Assembly (NCBI GenBank): GCA_964016885.1
Contig: OZ024741.1
Coordinates: forward strand, 312,542,001-312,606,000
Origin: Eledone cirrhosa
Lineage: Eukaryota
Direction of reading: 5' to 3'
DNA: 64,000 nucleotides
Positions within the stretch are counted from its first letter, which is position 1. The number at the start of each line of letters is the position of its first letter. Shown in pieces: positions 31,340-44,900 of the stretch. The translations under genes and the position numbers were made by a program. The notes beneath the pieces were generated by a model. It searched no databases. It saw only the letters and a program-made list of their open reading frames with translations, and had not been told where the DNA came from.

Positions 31340-31632
31340 TATACATATATATATATATATATACATATATGTATATATATATATATATAAGTATATATAT
31401 ATATATACATATATAGACATATATATATATATATATATTTATGTATATATATATATATGTACATATATATACATATATGTATATATATATATACATATAT
31501 GTATATATATATATATATATACATATATGTATATATATATATATATACATATATGTATACATATATGTATACATATATGTATATATATGATAAAGAACAC
31601 AAGAGCGTCTACAGCATCGAAAGATTTTTATT

Positions 31633-31680
31633 GGCTTACAATGTTTCTTCCTTACGTAACCGTAGGATTCGTCAGAGATA
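31633..31680 (-). ncRNA. Hammerhead-like motif with weak stem I
   Basis: ct CUGACGA a tcctacg(gtta)cgtaagga a GAAA catt GUA ag. The core is intact; stem I is only 2 bp. Confidence 0.5.
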
Positions 31681-32833
31681 TAAAAGGGGTTTGATTGGTG
31701 TTATGAACTCTACCAACCAAACATTCAAGAACAAAGAGTAAAGAGAGTAAAGAGCAAAAGCAGGGGACGATAAGTCTAATTTTGGTGCGGGGGGGGGTCC
31801 TTGTTTACTAGCTGTGGTCATATTCATTCCCGGGAGTCGAGTGGTTAGTTGAGCCATAGATGGGGTGGCGTCGATAGTAGGGTGCAGAGGTTGTGCAGAG
31901 GATACACACACACAAAAGGCATACAATATATATATAATGGAGGATGTAATTAGAGATGGAAAAAGAGTAATAATAATAATCTATAATTAATAATGTATAA
32001 TAAGGCATGGGGAAGATTACACTATAATAAGGTATAAAAGTAAGAATAAGGTAAAATATAAAGGAGGATAAAAGTGAAAATAAGAATAAAGATAAAAAAT
32101 ATATATAAAAAATATATAGAGAATATATAAAGAAATATAAACAAGTATTAGGAGGGGGAAACACAATGTAAAAAAACCCGATCTTTTCAAACAAAAATAT
32201 TATAAATATAGGGGGAGAAAACCGGATAGAGAAATATAATCAAATGTGATTATTTGAGAGAATATAAGATGATAATAGTTATGTCAAGTTTATACATCCT
32301 AATAATAAACAATCTGTATATCAGAGTTACACATCCTTCAATTCACCTGCAGGTTCAAGCCACGTGGTATAGTCCATTGTTCATCCGTGCGGTCATGTGC
32401 GTTTGTTTTTGACACCACAGCAGATGCACAAGTTCGTAAATTCCAATGCAGATAGAAATCTATTTTTGCTCACCCAGAGATTGACGGAGGATCCAATATT
32501 CCTAGTTCAATATGTGTGTGGTGTTATTTTGGTCGCGCAAATCAATCACTTGGTTCAATATTATGGAGTATGGTTTTCTGGTCTTCGTAAGAGTGTCAGT
32601 GGTTGCATATCTCGAAATCACAAGGATCACAATACTCCGGTTTGGTGTGATTATCGGTCATCCAACTATGTTGTCGGTGGTTGGATTCAATTCTATTGCC
32701 CCGAACGTAGAACTTTGGTGTCGATTGAACATTAACGAGGCAGAGTGAGATCGCATCTGTGGTGCAAAACGGTACGCAATGAAATTCTTCGTCTTCGTTT
32801 CATCCGGGTCCAGCAGTCACGTGCAAGAACCGC

Positions 32834-33117
32834 TACGTAGTAATTGTGAGGGTAATCGGTCAACATAGTAACTGACCGAGAATTCTCTTAGGAATTCAGA
32901 CAGGCATGACAGGTACATTTAGGTCAGCAGTTTCTTTATGTGTACGTGTGTCCGATACACACAGACACATATTTATACGTAGTAATTGTGAGGGTAATCG
33001 GTCAAGATAGTAACTGACCGGAACTTCTCTTAGGAATTCAGACAGGCATGACAGGTACATTTAAGTCAGCAGTTTCTTTATATGTACGTGTGTCCGATAC
33101 ACACAGACACATATCTA
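32834..33117. repeat. 142-bp tandem duplication
   Basis: tacgtagtaattgtgagggtaatcggtcaa... starts at 32834 and again at 32976. Confidence 0.92.
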
Positions 33118-33322
33118 TATGTATTTCAACTCAAAAAATTGACTCGCTTATTGATGTTATATCTCTGTTGCTCCGATGTGCATGTTGTGGTGTTCTGGTC
33201 ATGTCTACTATTCACTGTGTTTTGCCATTACCTTGGAATGTGATGTTATGGCCATCAATAGTCGGGCAAGCACATTCCTGTCTTATATTGTGGAGAATGG
33301 TATTCTGGTCCTCAGTAAATAT
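33111..33322 (-). ncRNA. Possible hammerhead with ~180-nt stem II insert
   Basis: atattta CUGAGGA [181 nt] GAAA tac AUA tagatat. Stem I is 7 bp, but the base of stem II is not clearly paired. Confidence 0.4.
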
Positions 33323-33944
33323 TTGGGTCAGCAGGAGGGGTGGTGGTTCTCAGTTTCAACTGCGACAATACATATATGTTACTCCACATATCGTGCTCCT
33401 CTCAAAGAGGAGTATTATAGGAGGAATTCATGCCAAATACCACATATAGAGAAGACTTCTACAGAAAAAAATATTCATACATACACACACATATACATAT
33501 CATACACACACACATACACATATACACATACATATACATATACACATACATACCACATATACACATACACACAATATAATACAGATGCATACAATATACA
33601 TATATATATATATATATACATACAATATACATGTATACAATACACGCACATATGCATGCATGCATTCACACACGTACGCACACATACATACCCATGTCTG
33701 TGTGTGTGTGGGTGTGAGAGAGAAAAGGAGGATAGACACACACACAGACACACACAGACACACACATACGCACACACACAAACACCATCCTTGTAGGGGA
33801 CTGTTCCACCCTCAGGCTACCCATCTATCTGGGTTATGGGTTGGGGGGAAGCTATAGTCAAGGAGGGGTACGTCTAGGTGGGGGTTGTGTAATATATGGT
33901 ACGTCTATGTGCTATGTTTAAAATAGAAGAATGAAACCAGGATT

Positions 33945-35954
33945 ATGTGTTGGCAAGAGGAGAACATTTCCGATTTCCTGTTAAGCAGGTTCAGTTTAGC
34001 GTGTATTATGGCATGGCATTCCAGTAAACACAGGTCACAACTCCCGCTCTGCGGTTGGTATGGCGTGGATCTAGGAAGCTTCCTCCAAAAAAGTTTGTAT
34101 GGTATGGGGTACTATTATTTTTTAAGAAGGAGATGTATCCCACCACTGAGGTTGCATTATTATGTCTATCGTGTCTAAATTTGTACATATGCGCGTTAAA
34201 TCTAGTTCTAAATGTATTGGACGTTGCTCCTATATATGTTTTGGTAGAGTTGTGTGTGGTTACGTCACATGCATATACGATGTTTTTCATGAGGCAAGCC
34301 CCCCTTAGGGGACAATTACCACTCCGCCTACAATTGCAACTGCGGGTTCGATCAGTTAGCGTACCTCTCGAACAGTGGTTACTAGCATTATCACTAAGTG
34401 CCTCTATATCATTAGATGGGTCAGTGATGCTATTATGTTGCCCATTTTCCAGTGTAGTCGGTTGCTGGTGGTTAACTGCCATTTAAATTGCTTCGAAATC
34501 TTCCTTAGTTTTCCTAATGTTCGTGCGTGCTAGGTGTGATGCGAGGTTAGGTGTGGTCGAATAGGATAATTTAATCACGTTTTTGTTAATTATGTTGCGA
34601 TATCTACTGCCTGGTGGGAAGTTTTTTCTAATAATGAGAAGAATACTCTGGGGAGGTTAGTAAAGACCTCAGAGTTAAAAGGTCGGTTAAAATACATGTT
34701 TTTCCTTCTTCTATTTTCCTTATTTATGGGGTGAGTCTCGTTACTGTGCATACTATTTCGTAGGGTTCCGTTATTAAAGTTAGTGGCGCTGTCAGTTTTG
34801 CTTATGTCCGGATGGTTTATATTCATGGCATGACCATTTGCTGCTTTAGAGTTGTGGTGAGGGACTTTATTATTGTCTCTACGTGGTTTACATTTAGCTG
34901 GGTTACCGCCATTAGGGTTCTTACTATTATTCTTGCCTCTAAGTTAGTTAGGCTTTGTGGCCATACTATGCGTGATTATGTTGGTAGGTTTCACACTCGT
35001 GGTTTGGGAGCCCTTATGTATATATGATAATCCATTCCGGTAACCAGATTCTGCTAGGGCCCTGTCATAATACTCTGCATTGGAGTTGAAGATACTCTCA
35101 TTACAGGAGAGTCTGCTAATTCTATTAGAGACCCCCTGGGAATAGCGTTTAGGACTGATTTGAGGGTGGTTGGAGCTGGCATTTACATATGTTAGTCTAT
35201 CAATGGGTTCATGGTAGGGTGCAAATGTTTTAGTTTCTAGGTCAAGGCTGGCGTCTAGGAAGTTTACTGTTTTGTCATTTGCATCTATGGTAATACGTAG
35301 ATTAAAGCTTTTAAAGAACCTACGTAACTGTTTCCTAGTTCTTTCTATATTGCACTTTTTATACTCGAGAGGGCGTCATCACGATATAATCCGCCTTTCA
35401 AGTGCGGTAATGTCTCATGTAACTCCTTTAAGATGTACAATCCGACCAGGTCCGTTACTTGTGCAGAGTCACTAGATCCCATTGTGATGTCGAAGTTATT
35501 GGGCGTATTCTTGCGGGTCCACAATTCGACCTCAAATGTGATTATCGTTTTCCGGGCCGCAAGAATGACATCAATTTGAGACCTAGTGAGGTCACTTTTC
35601 TGCATGGCCATGATTAGGGCCTTATTAAGGAGTATGGGGGAGATTGAGGTGTAGTACGCATCGATGTCGAATTGTATAAATTTAAGGGATTTATGGTTGC
35701 TAAGGCTTGAGAACCATTTCAAATCTCTTCCGTATTCTCCAATAGCTCTAGATTTATTTTCCTCCTGATGGTAGGTATAACGCCGTCTAAAATGTTTTTA
35801 CTGATAATCCCTATATCTGACTTCGATGGGCTAATTAATCTAACGGAGGGTTTACTAATGAAGTCAGCCTTATGGTCTTTAAGGGTGAACCTGGGTTGCC
35901 TAGGGGTATATGGTTGGGTATACTTTTCCAGGCCTAGTTTATCCACTATGGCTT
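33945..35954 (-). pseudogene. 5'-truncated PLE (Naiad-type) RT plus GIY-YIG, disrupted
   Basis: [81 protein letters not shown]. Confidence 0.92.
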
Positions 35955-38931
35955 TTCGGTAGATGGAACAGCTAGCGGGGACTGAATTCCATGCACTGAA
36001 ATCCTCACTGCCTCTAGTCAAATGGCCGATTCTAAAGAATCAATCACGTGACACAGAGGCTAGTCAGTAGGAATCGGATGGTAAGATGACAGACGCCTAC
36101 TAACACGCCCAAAAAAAATTTAGAAGTGGTTTTGGCAGGTTTGCTCGACAAATCAGTGATTTGGAGATAAATATAGATAATTTAATATATCAACTAACAT
36201 AAGCGCACAGATGTACGCTAATGCCAGCAGATACACAGGTTATGTCATAGTACCTAGGTGGTTCAATGCAGGAGGATGCAGAACAATAATATAGAAGATG
36301 TAAAATAAGAAAATCCTTTAAAAAAAGTTTTTTATTTTTAATTTTAACTTACTTACTTAAATTTTCACTCCAACTAATTAGTTTCTGCAATGCGATAAAG
36401 ACAGTTACGTAATCTAACTGTCGAGAATTCATTGCGTCATCAGGGAGTCTATTTTCAGCTAAGTCTCCAGACAATGCGCGGACACTGGGGGCTCATATAA
36501 AATTAATAATAATTCGGTAGATGGAACAGCTAGCGGGGACAGAATTCCATGCACTGAAATCCTCACTGCCTCTAGTCAAATGGCCGATTCTAAAGAATCA
36601 ATCACGTGACACAGAGGCTAGTCAGTAGGAATGGGATGGTAAGATGACAGACGCCTACTAACACCCCCCAAAAAAATTTAGAAGTGGTTTTGGCAGGTTT
36701 GCTCGACAAATCAGTGATTTGGAGATAAATATAGATAATTTAATATATCAACTAACATAAGCGCACAGATGTACGCTAATGCCAGCAAATACACAGGTTA
36801 TGTCATAGTACCTAAGTGGTTCAATGCAGGAGGATGCAGAACAATAATATAGAAGACGTAAAATAAGAAAATCCTTTAAAAAAAGTTTTTTAGAAAAAAT
36901 TTTAACTTACTTACTTAAATTTTCACTCCAACTAATTAGTTTCTGCAATGGGATAAAGACAGTTACCTAATCTAACTGTCGAGAATTCATTGCGTCATCA
37001 GGGAGTCTATTCTCAGCCAAGTCACCAGGCAATGCGCGGACACTGGGGGCTCATATAAAAATAATAATAATTCAGTAGATGGAACAGCTAGCGGGGACTG
37101 AATTCCATGCACTGAAATCCTCACTGCCTCTAGTCAAATGGCCGATTCTAAAGAATCAATCACGTGACACAGAGGCTAGTCAGTAGGAATGGGATGGTAA
37201 GATGACAGACGCCTACTAACACCCCCAAAAAAAATTTAGAAGTGGTTTTGGCAGGTTTGCTCGACAAATCAGTGATTTGGAGATAAATATAGATAATTTA
37301 ATATATCAACTAACATAAGCGCACAGATGTACGCTAATGCCAGCAAATACACAGGTTATGTCATAGTACCTAGGTGGTTCAATGCAGGAGGATGCAGAAC
37401 AATAATATAGAAGACGTAAAATAAGAAAATCCTTTAAAAAAAGTTTTTTAGAAAAAATTTTAACTTACTTACTTAAATTTTCACTCCAACTAATTAGTTT
37501 CTGCAATGGGATAAAGACAGTTACGTAATCTAACTGTCGAGAATTCATTGCGTCATCAGGGAGTCTATTCTCAGCCAAGTCTCCAGGCAATGCGCGGACA
37601 CTGGGGGCTCATATAAAAATAATAATAATTCAGTAGATGGAACAGCTAGCGGGGACTGAATTCCATGCACTGAAATCCTCACTGCCTCTAGTCAAATGGC
37701 CGATTCTAAAGAATCAATCACGTGACACAGAGGCTAGTCAGTAGGAATGGGATGGTAAGATGACAGACGCCTACTAACACCCCCCAAAAAAATTTAGAAG
37801 TGGTTTTGGCAGGTTTGCTCGACAAATCAGTGATTTGGAGATAAATATAGATAATTTAATATATCAACTAACATAAGCGCACAGATGTACGCTAATGCCA
37901 GCAAATACACTGGTTATGTCATAGTACCTAGGTGGTTCAATGCAGGAGGATCCAGAACAATAATATAGAAGACGTAAAATAAGAAAATCCTTTAAAAAAT
38001 GTTTTTTTTTTTTAATTTTAACTTACTTACTTAAATTTTCACTCCAACTAATTAGTTTCTGCCATGGGATAAAGACAGTTACGTAATCTAACTGTCGAGA
38101 ATTCATTGCGTCATCAGGGAGTCTATTCTCAGCTAAGTCTCCAGGCAATGCGCGGACACTGGGGGCTCATATAAAAATAATAATAATTCGGTAGATGGAA
38201 CAGCTAGCGGGGACTGAATTCCATGCACTGAAATCCTCACTGCCTCTAGTCAAATGGCCGATTCTAAAGAATCAATCACGTGACACAGAGGCTAGTCAGT
38301 AGGAATGGGATGGTAAGATGGCAGACGGCTACTAACACCCCCCAAAAAAATTTAGAAGTGGTTTTGGCAGGTTTGCTCGACAAATCAGTGATTTGGAGAT
38401 AAATATAGATAATTTAATATATCAACTAACATAAGCGCACAGATGTACGCTAATGCCAGCAAATACACAGGTTATGTCATAGTACCTAGATGGTTCAATG
38501 TAGGAGGATGCAGAACAATAATATAGAAGACGTAAAATAAGAAAATCCTTTAAAAAAAGGTGTTTTTTTTTAATTTTAACTTACTTACTTAAATTTTCAC
38601 TCCAAATAATTAGTTTCTGCAATGGGATAAAGACAGTTACGTAATCTAACTGTCGAGAATTCATTGCGTCATCAGGGAGTCTATTCTCAGCTAAGTCTCC
38701 AGTCAATGCGCGGACACTGGGGGCTCATATAAAAATAATAATAATTCGGTAGATGGAACAGCTAGCGGGGACTGAATTCCATGCACTGAAATCCTCCCTG
38801 CCTCTTATCAAATGGCCGATTCTAAAGAATCAATCACGTGACACAGAGGCTAGTCAGTAGGAATGGGATGGTAAGATGACAGACGCCCACTAACACCCCC
38901 AAAAAAAATTTAGAAGTGGTTTGGCAGGTTT
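35955..38931 (-). repeat. 558-bp satellite, block 1 (~5.3 units, hammerhead on the minus strand)
   Basis: ttcggtagatgg at 35955 and 36513, a period of 558 bp. Confidence 0.98.
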
Positions 38932-41900
38932 AAAAAAAACTTTTTTTAAAGGATTTTCTTATTTTACGTCTTCTATATTATTGTTCTGCATCCTCCTGCA
39001 TTGAACCACCTAGGTACTATGACATAACCTGTGTATTTGCTGGCATTAGCGTACATCTGTGCGCTTATGTTAGTTGATATATTAAATTATCTATATTTAT
39101 CTCCAAATCACTGATTTGTCGAGCAAACCTGCCAAAACCACTTCTAAATTTTTTTGGGGGGTGTTAGTAGGCGTCTGTCATCTTACCATCCCATTCCTAC
39201 TGACTAGCCTCTGTGTCACGTGATTGATTCTTTAGAATCGGCCATTTGACTAGAGGCAGTGAGGATTTCAGTGCATGGAATTCAGTCCCCGCTAGCTGTT
39301 CCATCTACTGAATTATTATTATTTTTATATGAGCCCCCAGTGTCCGCGCATTGCCTGGAGACTTAGCTGAGAATAGACTCCCTGATGACGCAATGAATTC
39401 TCGACAGTTAGATTACGTAACTGTCTTTATCCCATTGCAGAAACTAATTAGTTGGAGTGAAAATTTAGAGTAAGTAAATTAAAACTTTTTTTAAAAAACT
39501 TTTTTTAAAGGATTTTTTTATTTTACGTCTTCTATATTATTGTTCTGCATCCTCCTGCATTGAACCACCTAGGTACTATGACATAACCTGTGTATTTGCT
39601 GGCATTAGCGTACATCTGTGCGCTTATGTTAGTTGATATATTAAATTATCTATATTTATCTCCAAATCACTGATTTGTCGAGCAAACCTGCCAAAACCAC
39701 TTCTAAATTTTTTCGGGGGGTGTTAGTAGGCGTCTGTCATCTTACCATCCCATTCCTACTGACTAGCCTCTGTGTCACGTGATTGATTCTTTAGAATCGG
39801 CCATTTGACTAGAGGCAGTGAGGATTTCAGTGCATGGAATTCAGTCCCCGCTAGCTGTTCCATCTACCGAATTATTATTATTTTTATATGAGCCCCCAGT
39901 GTCCGCGCATTGACTGGAGACTTAGCTGAGAATAGACTCCCTGATGACGCAATGAATTCTCGACAGTTAGATTACGTAACTGTCTTTATCCCATTGCAGA
40001 AACTAATTAGTTGGAGTGAAAATTTAAGTAAGTTGAAATTTAAAAAAAAAAACTTTTTTTAAAGGATTTTCTTATTTTACATCTTCTATATTATTGTTCT
40101 GCATCCTCCTGCATTGAACCACCTAGGTACTATGACATAACCTGTGTATTTGCTGGCATTAGCGTACATCTGTGCGCTTATGTTAGTTGATATATTAAAT
40201 TATCTATATTTATCTCCAAATCACTGATTTGTCGAGCAAACCTGCCAAACCACTTCTAAATTTTTTTTGGGGGTGTTAGTAGGCGTCTGTCATCTTACCA
40301 TCCCATTCCTACTGACTAGCCTCTGTGTCACGTGATTGATTCTTTAGAATCGGCCATTTGACTAGAGGCAGTGAGGATTTCAGTGCATGGAATTCAGTCC
40401 CCGCTAGCTGTTCCATCTACCGAATTATTATTATTTTTATATGAGCCCCCAGTGTCCGCGCATTGCCTGGAGACTTAGCTGAGAATAGACTCCCTGATGA
40501 CGCAATGAATTCTCGACAGTTAGATTACGTAACTATCTTTATCCCATTGCAGAAACTAATTAGTTGGAGTGAAAGTTTAAGTAAGTAAGTTAAAATTTTA
40601 AAAAAAAAACTTTTTCTAAAGGATTTTCCTATTTTACGTCTTCTATATTATTGTTCTGCATCCTCCTGCATTGAACCACCTAGGTACTATGACATAACCT
40701 GTGTATTTGCTGGCATTAGCGTACATCTGTGCGCTTATGTTAGTTGATATATTAAATTATCTATATTTATCTCCAAATCACTGATTTGTCGAGCAAACCT
40801 GCCAAAACCACTTCTAAATTTTTTTGGGGGGTGTTAGTAGGCGTCTGTCATCTTACCATCCCATTCCTACTGACTAGCCTCTGTGTCACGTGATTGATTC
40901 TTTAGAATCGGCCATTTGACTAGAGGCAGTGAGGATTTCAGTGCATGGAATTCAGTCCCCGCTAGCTGTTCCATCTACCGAATTATTATTATTTTTATAT
41001 GAGCCCCCAGTGTCCGCGCATTGCCTGGAGACTTGGCTGAGAATAGACTCCCTGATGACGCAATGAATTCTCGACAGTTAGATTACGTAACTGTCTTTAT
41101 CCCATTGCAGAAACTAATTAGTTGGAGTGAAAATTTAAGTAAGTTAAAATTTTTTTTTAAAAACTTTTTTTAAAGGATTTTCTTATTTTACGTCTTCTAT
41201 ATTATTGTTCTGCATCCTCCTGCATTGAACCACCTAGGTACTATGACATAACCTGTGTATTTGCTGGCATTAGCGTACATCTGTGCGCTTATGTTAGTTG
41301 ATATATTAAATTATCTATATTTATCTCCAAATCACTGATTTGTCGAGCAAACCTGCCAAACCACTTCTAAATTTTTTTGGGGGGTGTTAGTAGGCGTCTG
41401 TCATCTTACCATCCCATTCCTACTGACTAGCCTCTGTGTCACGTGATTGATTCTTTAGAATCGGCCATTTGACTAGAGGCAGTGAGGATTTCAGTGCATG
41501 GAATTCAGTCCCCGCTAGCTGTTCCATCTACCGCATTATTATTATTTTTATATGAGCCCCCAGTGTCCGCGCATTGCCTGGAGACTTAGCTGAGAATAGA
41601 CTCCCTGATGACGCAATGAATTCTCGACAGTTAGATTACGTAACTATCTTTATCCCATTGCAAAAACTAATTAGTTGGAGTGAAAGTTTAAGTAAGTAAG
41701 CTAAAATTAAAAAAAAAAAACTTTTTCTAAAGGATTTTCCTATTTTACGTCTTCTATATTATTGTTCTGCATCCTCCTGCATTGAACCACCTAGGTACTA
41801 TGACATAACCTGTGTATTTGCTGGCATTAGCGTACATCTGTGCGCTTATGTTAGTTGATATATTAAATTATCTATATTTATCTCCAAATCACTGATTTGT

Positions 41901-44900
41901 CGAGCAAACCTGCCAAAACCACTTCTAAATTTTTTTTGGGGGTGTTAGTAGGCGTCTGTCATCTTACCATCCCATTCCTACTGACTAGCCTCTGTGTCAC
42001 GTGATTGATTCTTTAGAATCGGCCATTTGACTAGAGGCAGTGAGGATTTCAGTGCATGGAATTCAGTCCCCGCTAGCTGTTCCATCTACCGAATTATTAT
42101 TATTTTTATATGAGCCCCCAGTGTCCGCGCATTGCCTGGAGACTTGGCTGAGAATAGACTCCCTGATGACGCAATGAATTCTCGACAGTTAGATTACGTA
42201 ACTGTCTTTATCCCATTGCAGAAAGTAATTAGTTGGAGTGAAAATTTAAGTAAGTTAAAATTTTTTTTTAAAAACTTTTTTTAAAGGATTTTCTTATTTT
42301 ACGTCTTCTATATTATTGTTCTGCATCCTCCTGCATTGAACCACCTAGGTACTATGACATAACCTGTGTATTTGCTGGCATTAGCGTACATCTGTGCGCT
42401 TATGTTAGTTGATATATTAAATTATCTATATTTATCTCCAAATCACTGATTTGTCGAGCAAACCTGCCAAACCACTTCTAAATTTTTTTTGGGGGTGTTA
42501 GTAGGCGTCTGTCATCTTACCATCCCATTCCTACTGACTAGCCTCTGTGTCACGTGATTGATTCTTTAGAATCGGCCATTTGACTAGAGGCAGTGAGGAT
42601 TTCAGTGCATGGAATTCAGTCCCCGCTAGCTGTTCCATCTACCGCATTATTATTATTTTTATATGAGCCCCCAGTGTCCGCGCATTGCCTGGAGACTTAG
42701 CTGAGAATAGACTCCCTGATGACGCAATGAATTCTCGACAGTTAGATTACGTAACTATCTTTATCCCATTGCAGAAACTAATTAGTTGGAGTGAAAGTTT
42801 AAGTAAGTAAGCTAAAATTAAAAAAAAAAAACTTTTTCTAAAGGATTTTCCTATTTTACGTCTTCTATATTATTGTTCTGCATCCTCCTGCATTGAACCA
42901 CCTAGGTACTATGACATAACCTGTGTATTTGCTGGCATTAGCGTACATCTGTGCGCTTATGTTAGTTGATATATTAAATTATCTATATTTATCTCCAAAT
43001 CACTGATTTGTCGAGCAAACCTGCCAAAACCACTTCTAAATTTTTTTTGGGGGTGTTAGTAGGCGTCTGTCATCTTACCATCCCATTCCTACTGACTAGC
43101 CTCTGTGTCACGTGATTGATTCTTTAGAATCGGCCATTTGACTAGAGGCAGTGAGGATTTCAGTGCATGGAATTCAGTCCCCGCTAGCTGGTCCATCTAC
43201 CGAATTATTATTATTTTTATATGAGCCCCCAGTGTCCGCGCATTGCCTGGAGACTTGGCTGAGAATAGACTCCCTGATGACGCAATGAATTCTCGACAGT
43301 TAGATTACGTAACTGTCTTTATCCCATTGCAGAAACTAATTAGTTGGAGTGAAAATTTAAGTAAGTTAAAATATTTTTTTTAAAACTTTTTTTAAAGGAT
43401 TTTCTTATTTTACGTCTTCTATATTATTGTTCTGCATCCTCCTGCATTGAACCACCTAGGTACTATGACATAACCTGTGTATTTGCTGGCATTAGCGTAC
43501 ATCTGTGCGCTTATGTTAGTTGATATATTAAATTATCTATATTTATCTCCAAATCACTGATTTGTCGAGCAAACCTGCCAAACCACTTCTAAATTTTTTG
43601 GGGGGTGTTAGTAGGCGTCTGTCATCTTACCATCCCATTCCTACTGACTAGCCTCTGTGTCACGTGATTGATTCTTTAGAATCGGCCATTTGACTAGAGG
43701 CAGTGAGGATTTCAGTGCATGGAATTCAGTCCCCGCTAGCTGTTCCATCTACCGAATTATTATTATTTTTATATGAGCCCCCAGTGTCCGCGCATTGCCT
43801 GGAGACTTAGCTGAGAATAGACTCCCTGATGACGCAATGAATTCTCGACAGTTAGATTACGTAACTATCTTTATCCCATTGCAGAAACTAATTAGTTGGA
43901 GTGAAAGTTTAAGTAAGTAAGTTAAAATTTTAAAAAAAAAACTTTTTCTAAAGGATTTTCCTATTTTACGTCTTCTATATTATTGTTCTGCATCCTCCTG
44001 CATTGAACCACCTAGGTACTATGACATAACCTGTGTATTTGCTGGCATTAGCGTACATCTGTGCGCTTATGTTAGTTGATATATTAAATTATCTATATTT
44101 ATCTCCAAATCACTGATTTGTCGAGCAAACCTGCCAAAACCACTTCTAAATTTTTTTTCGGGGTGTTAGTAGGCGTCTGTCATCTTACCATCCCATTCCT
44201 ACTGACTAGCCTCTGTGTCACGTGATTGATTCTTTAGAATCGGCCATTTGACTAGAGGCAGTGAGGATTTCAGTGCATGGAATTCAGTCCCCGCTAGCTG
44301 TTCCATCTACCGAATTATTATTATTTTTATATGAGCCCCCAGTGTCCGCGCTTTGCCTGGAGACTTGGCTGAGAATAGACTCCCTGATGACGCAATGAAT
44401 TCTCGACAGTTAGATTACGTAACTGTCTTTATCCCATTGCAGAAACTAATTAGTTGGAGTGAAAATTTAAGTAAGTTAAAATTTTTTTTTAAAAACTTTA
44501 TTTAAATAATTTTTTTATTTTACGTCTTCTATATTATTGTTCTGCATCCTCCTGCATTGAACCACCTAGGTACTATGACATAACCTGTGTATTTCCTGGC
44601 ATTAGCGTACATCTGTGCGCTTATGTTAGTTGATATATTACATTATCTATATTTATCTCCAAATCACTGATTTGTCGAGCAAACCTGCCAAAACCACTTC
44701 TAAATTTTTTTGGGGGGTGTTTGTAGGCGTCTGTCATCTTACCATCTCATTTCTACTGACTAGCCTCTGTGTCACGTTATTGATTCTTTAGAATCGGCCA
44801 TTTGACTAGAGGCAGTGAGGATTTCGGTGCATGGAATTCAGTCCCCGCTAGCTGTTCCATCTACCGAATTATTATTATTTTTATATGAGCCCCTAGTGTC

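Noticed and set aside
32397-32735. Faint C-type-lectin-like Trp spacing in the 112-aa ORF
   Set aside because: The Cys pattern is not convincing and there is no exon context.
36255-36275. B-box-like gttcaatgc in the satellite monomer
   Set aside because: It is a short degenerate match on the strand opposite the ribozyme, with no convincing A box.
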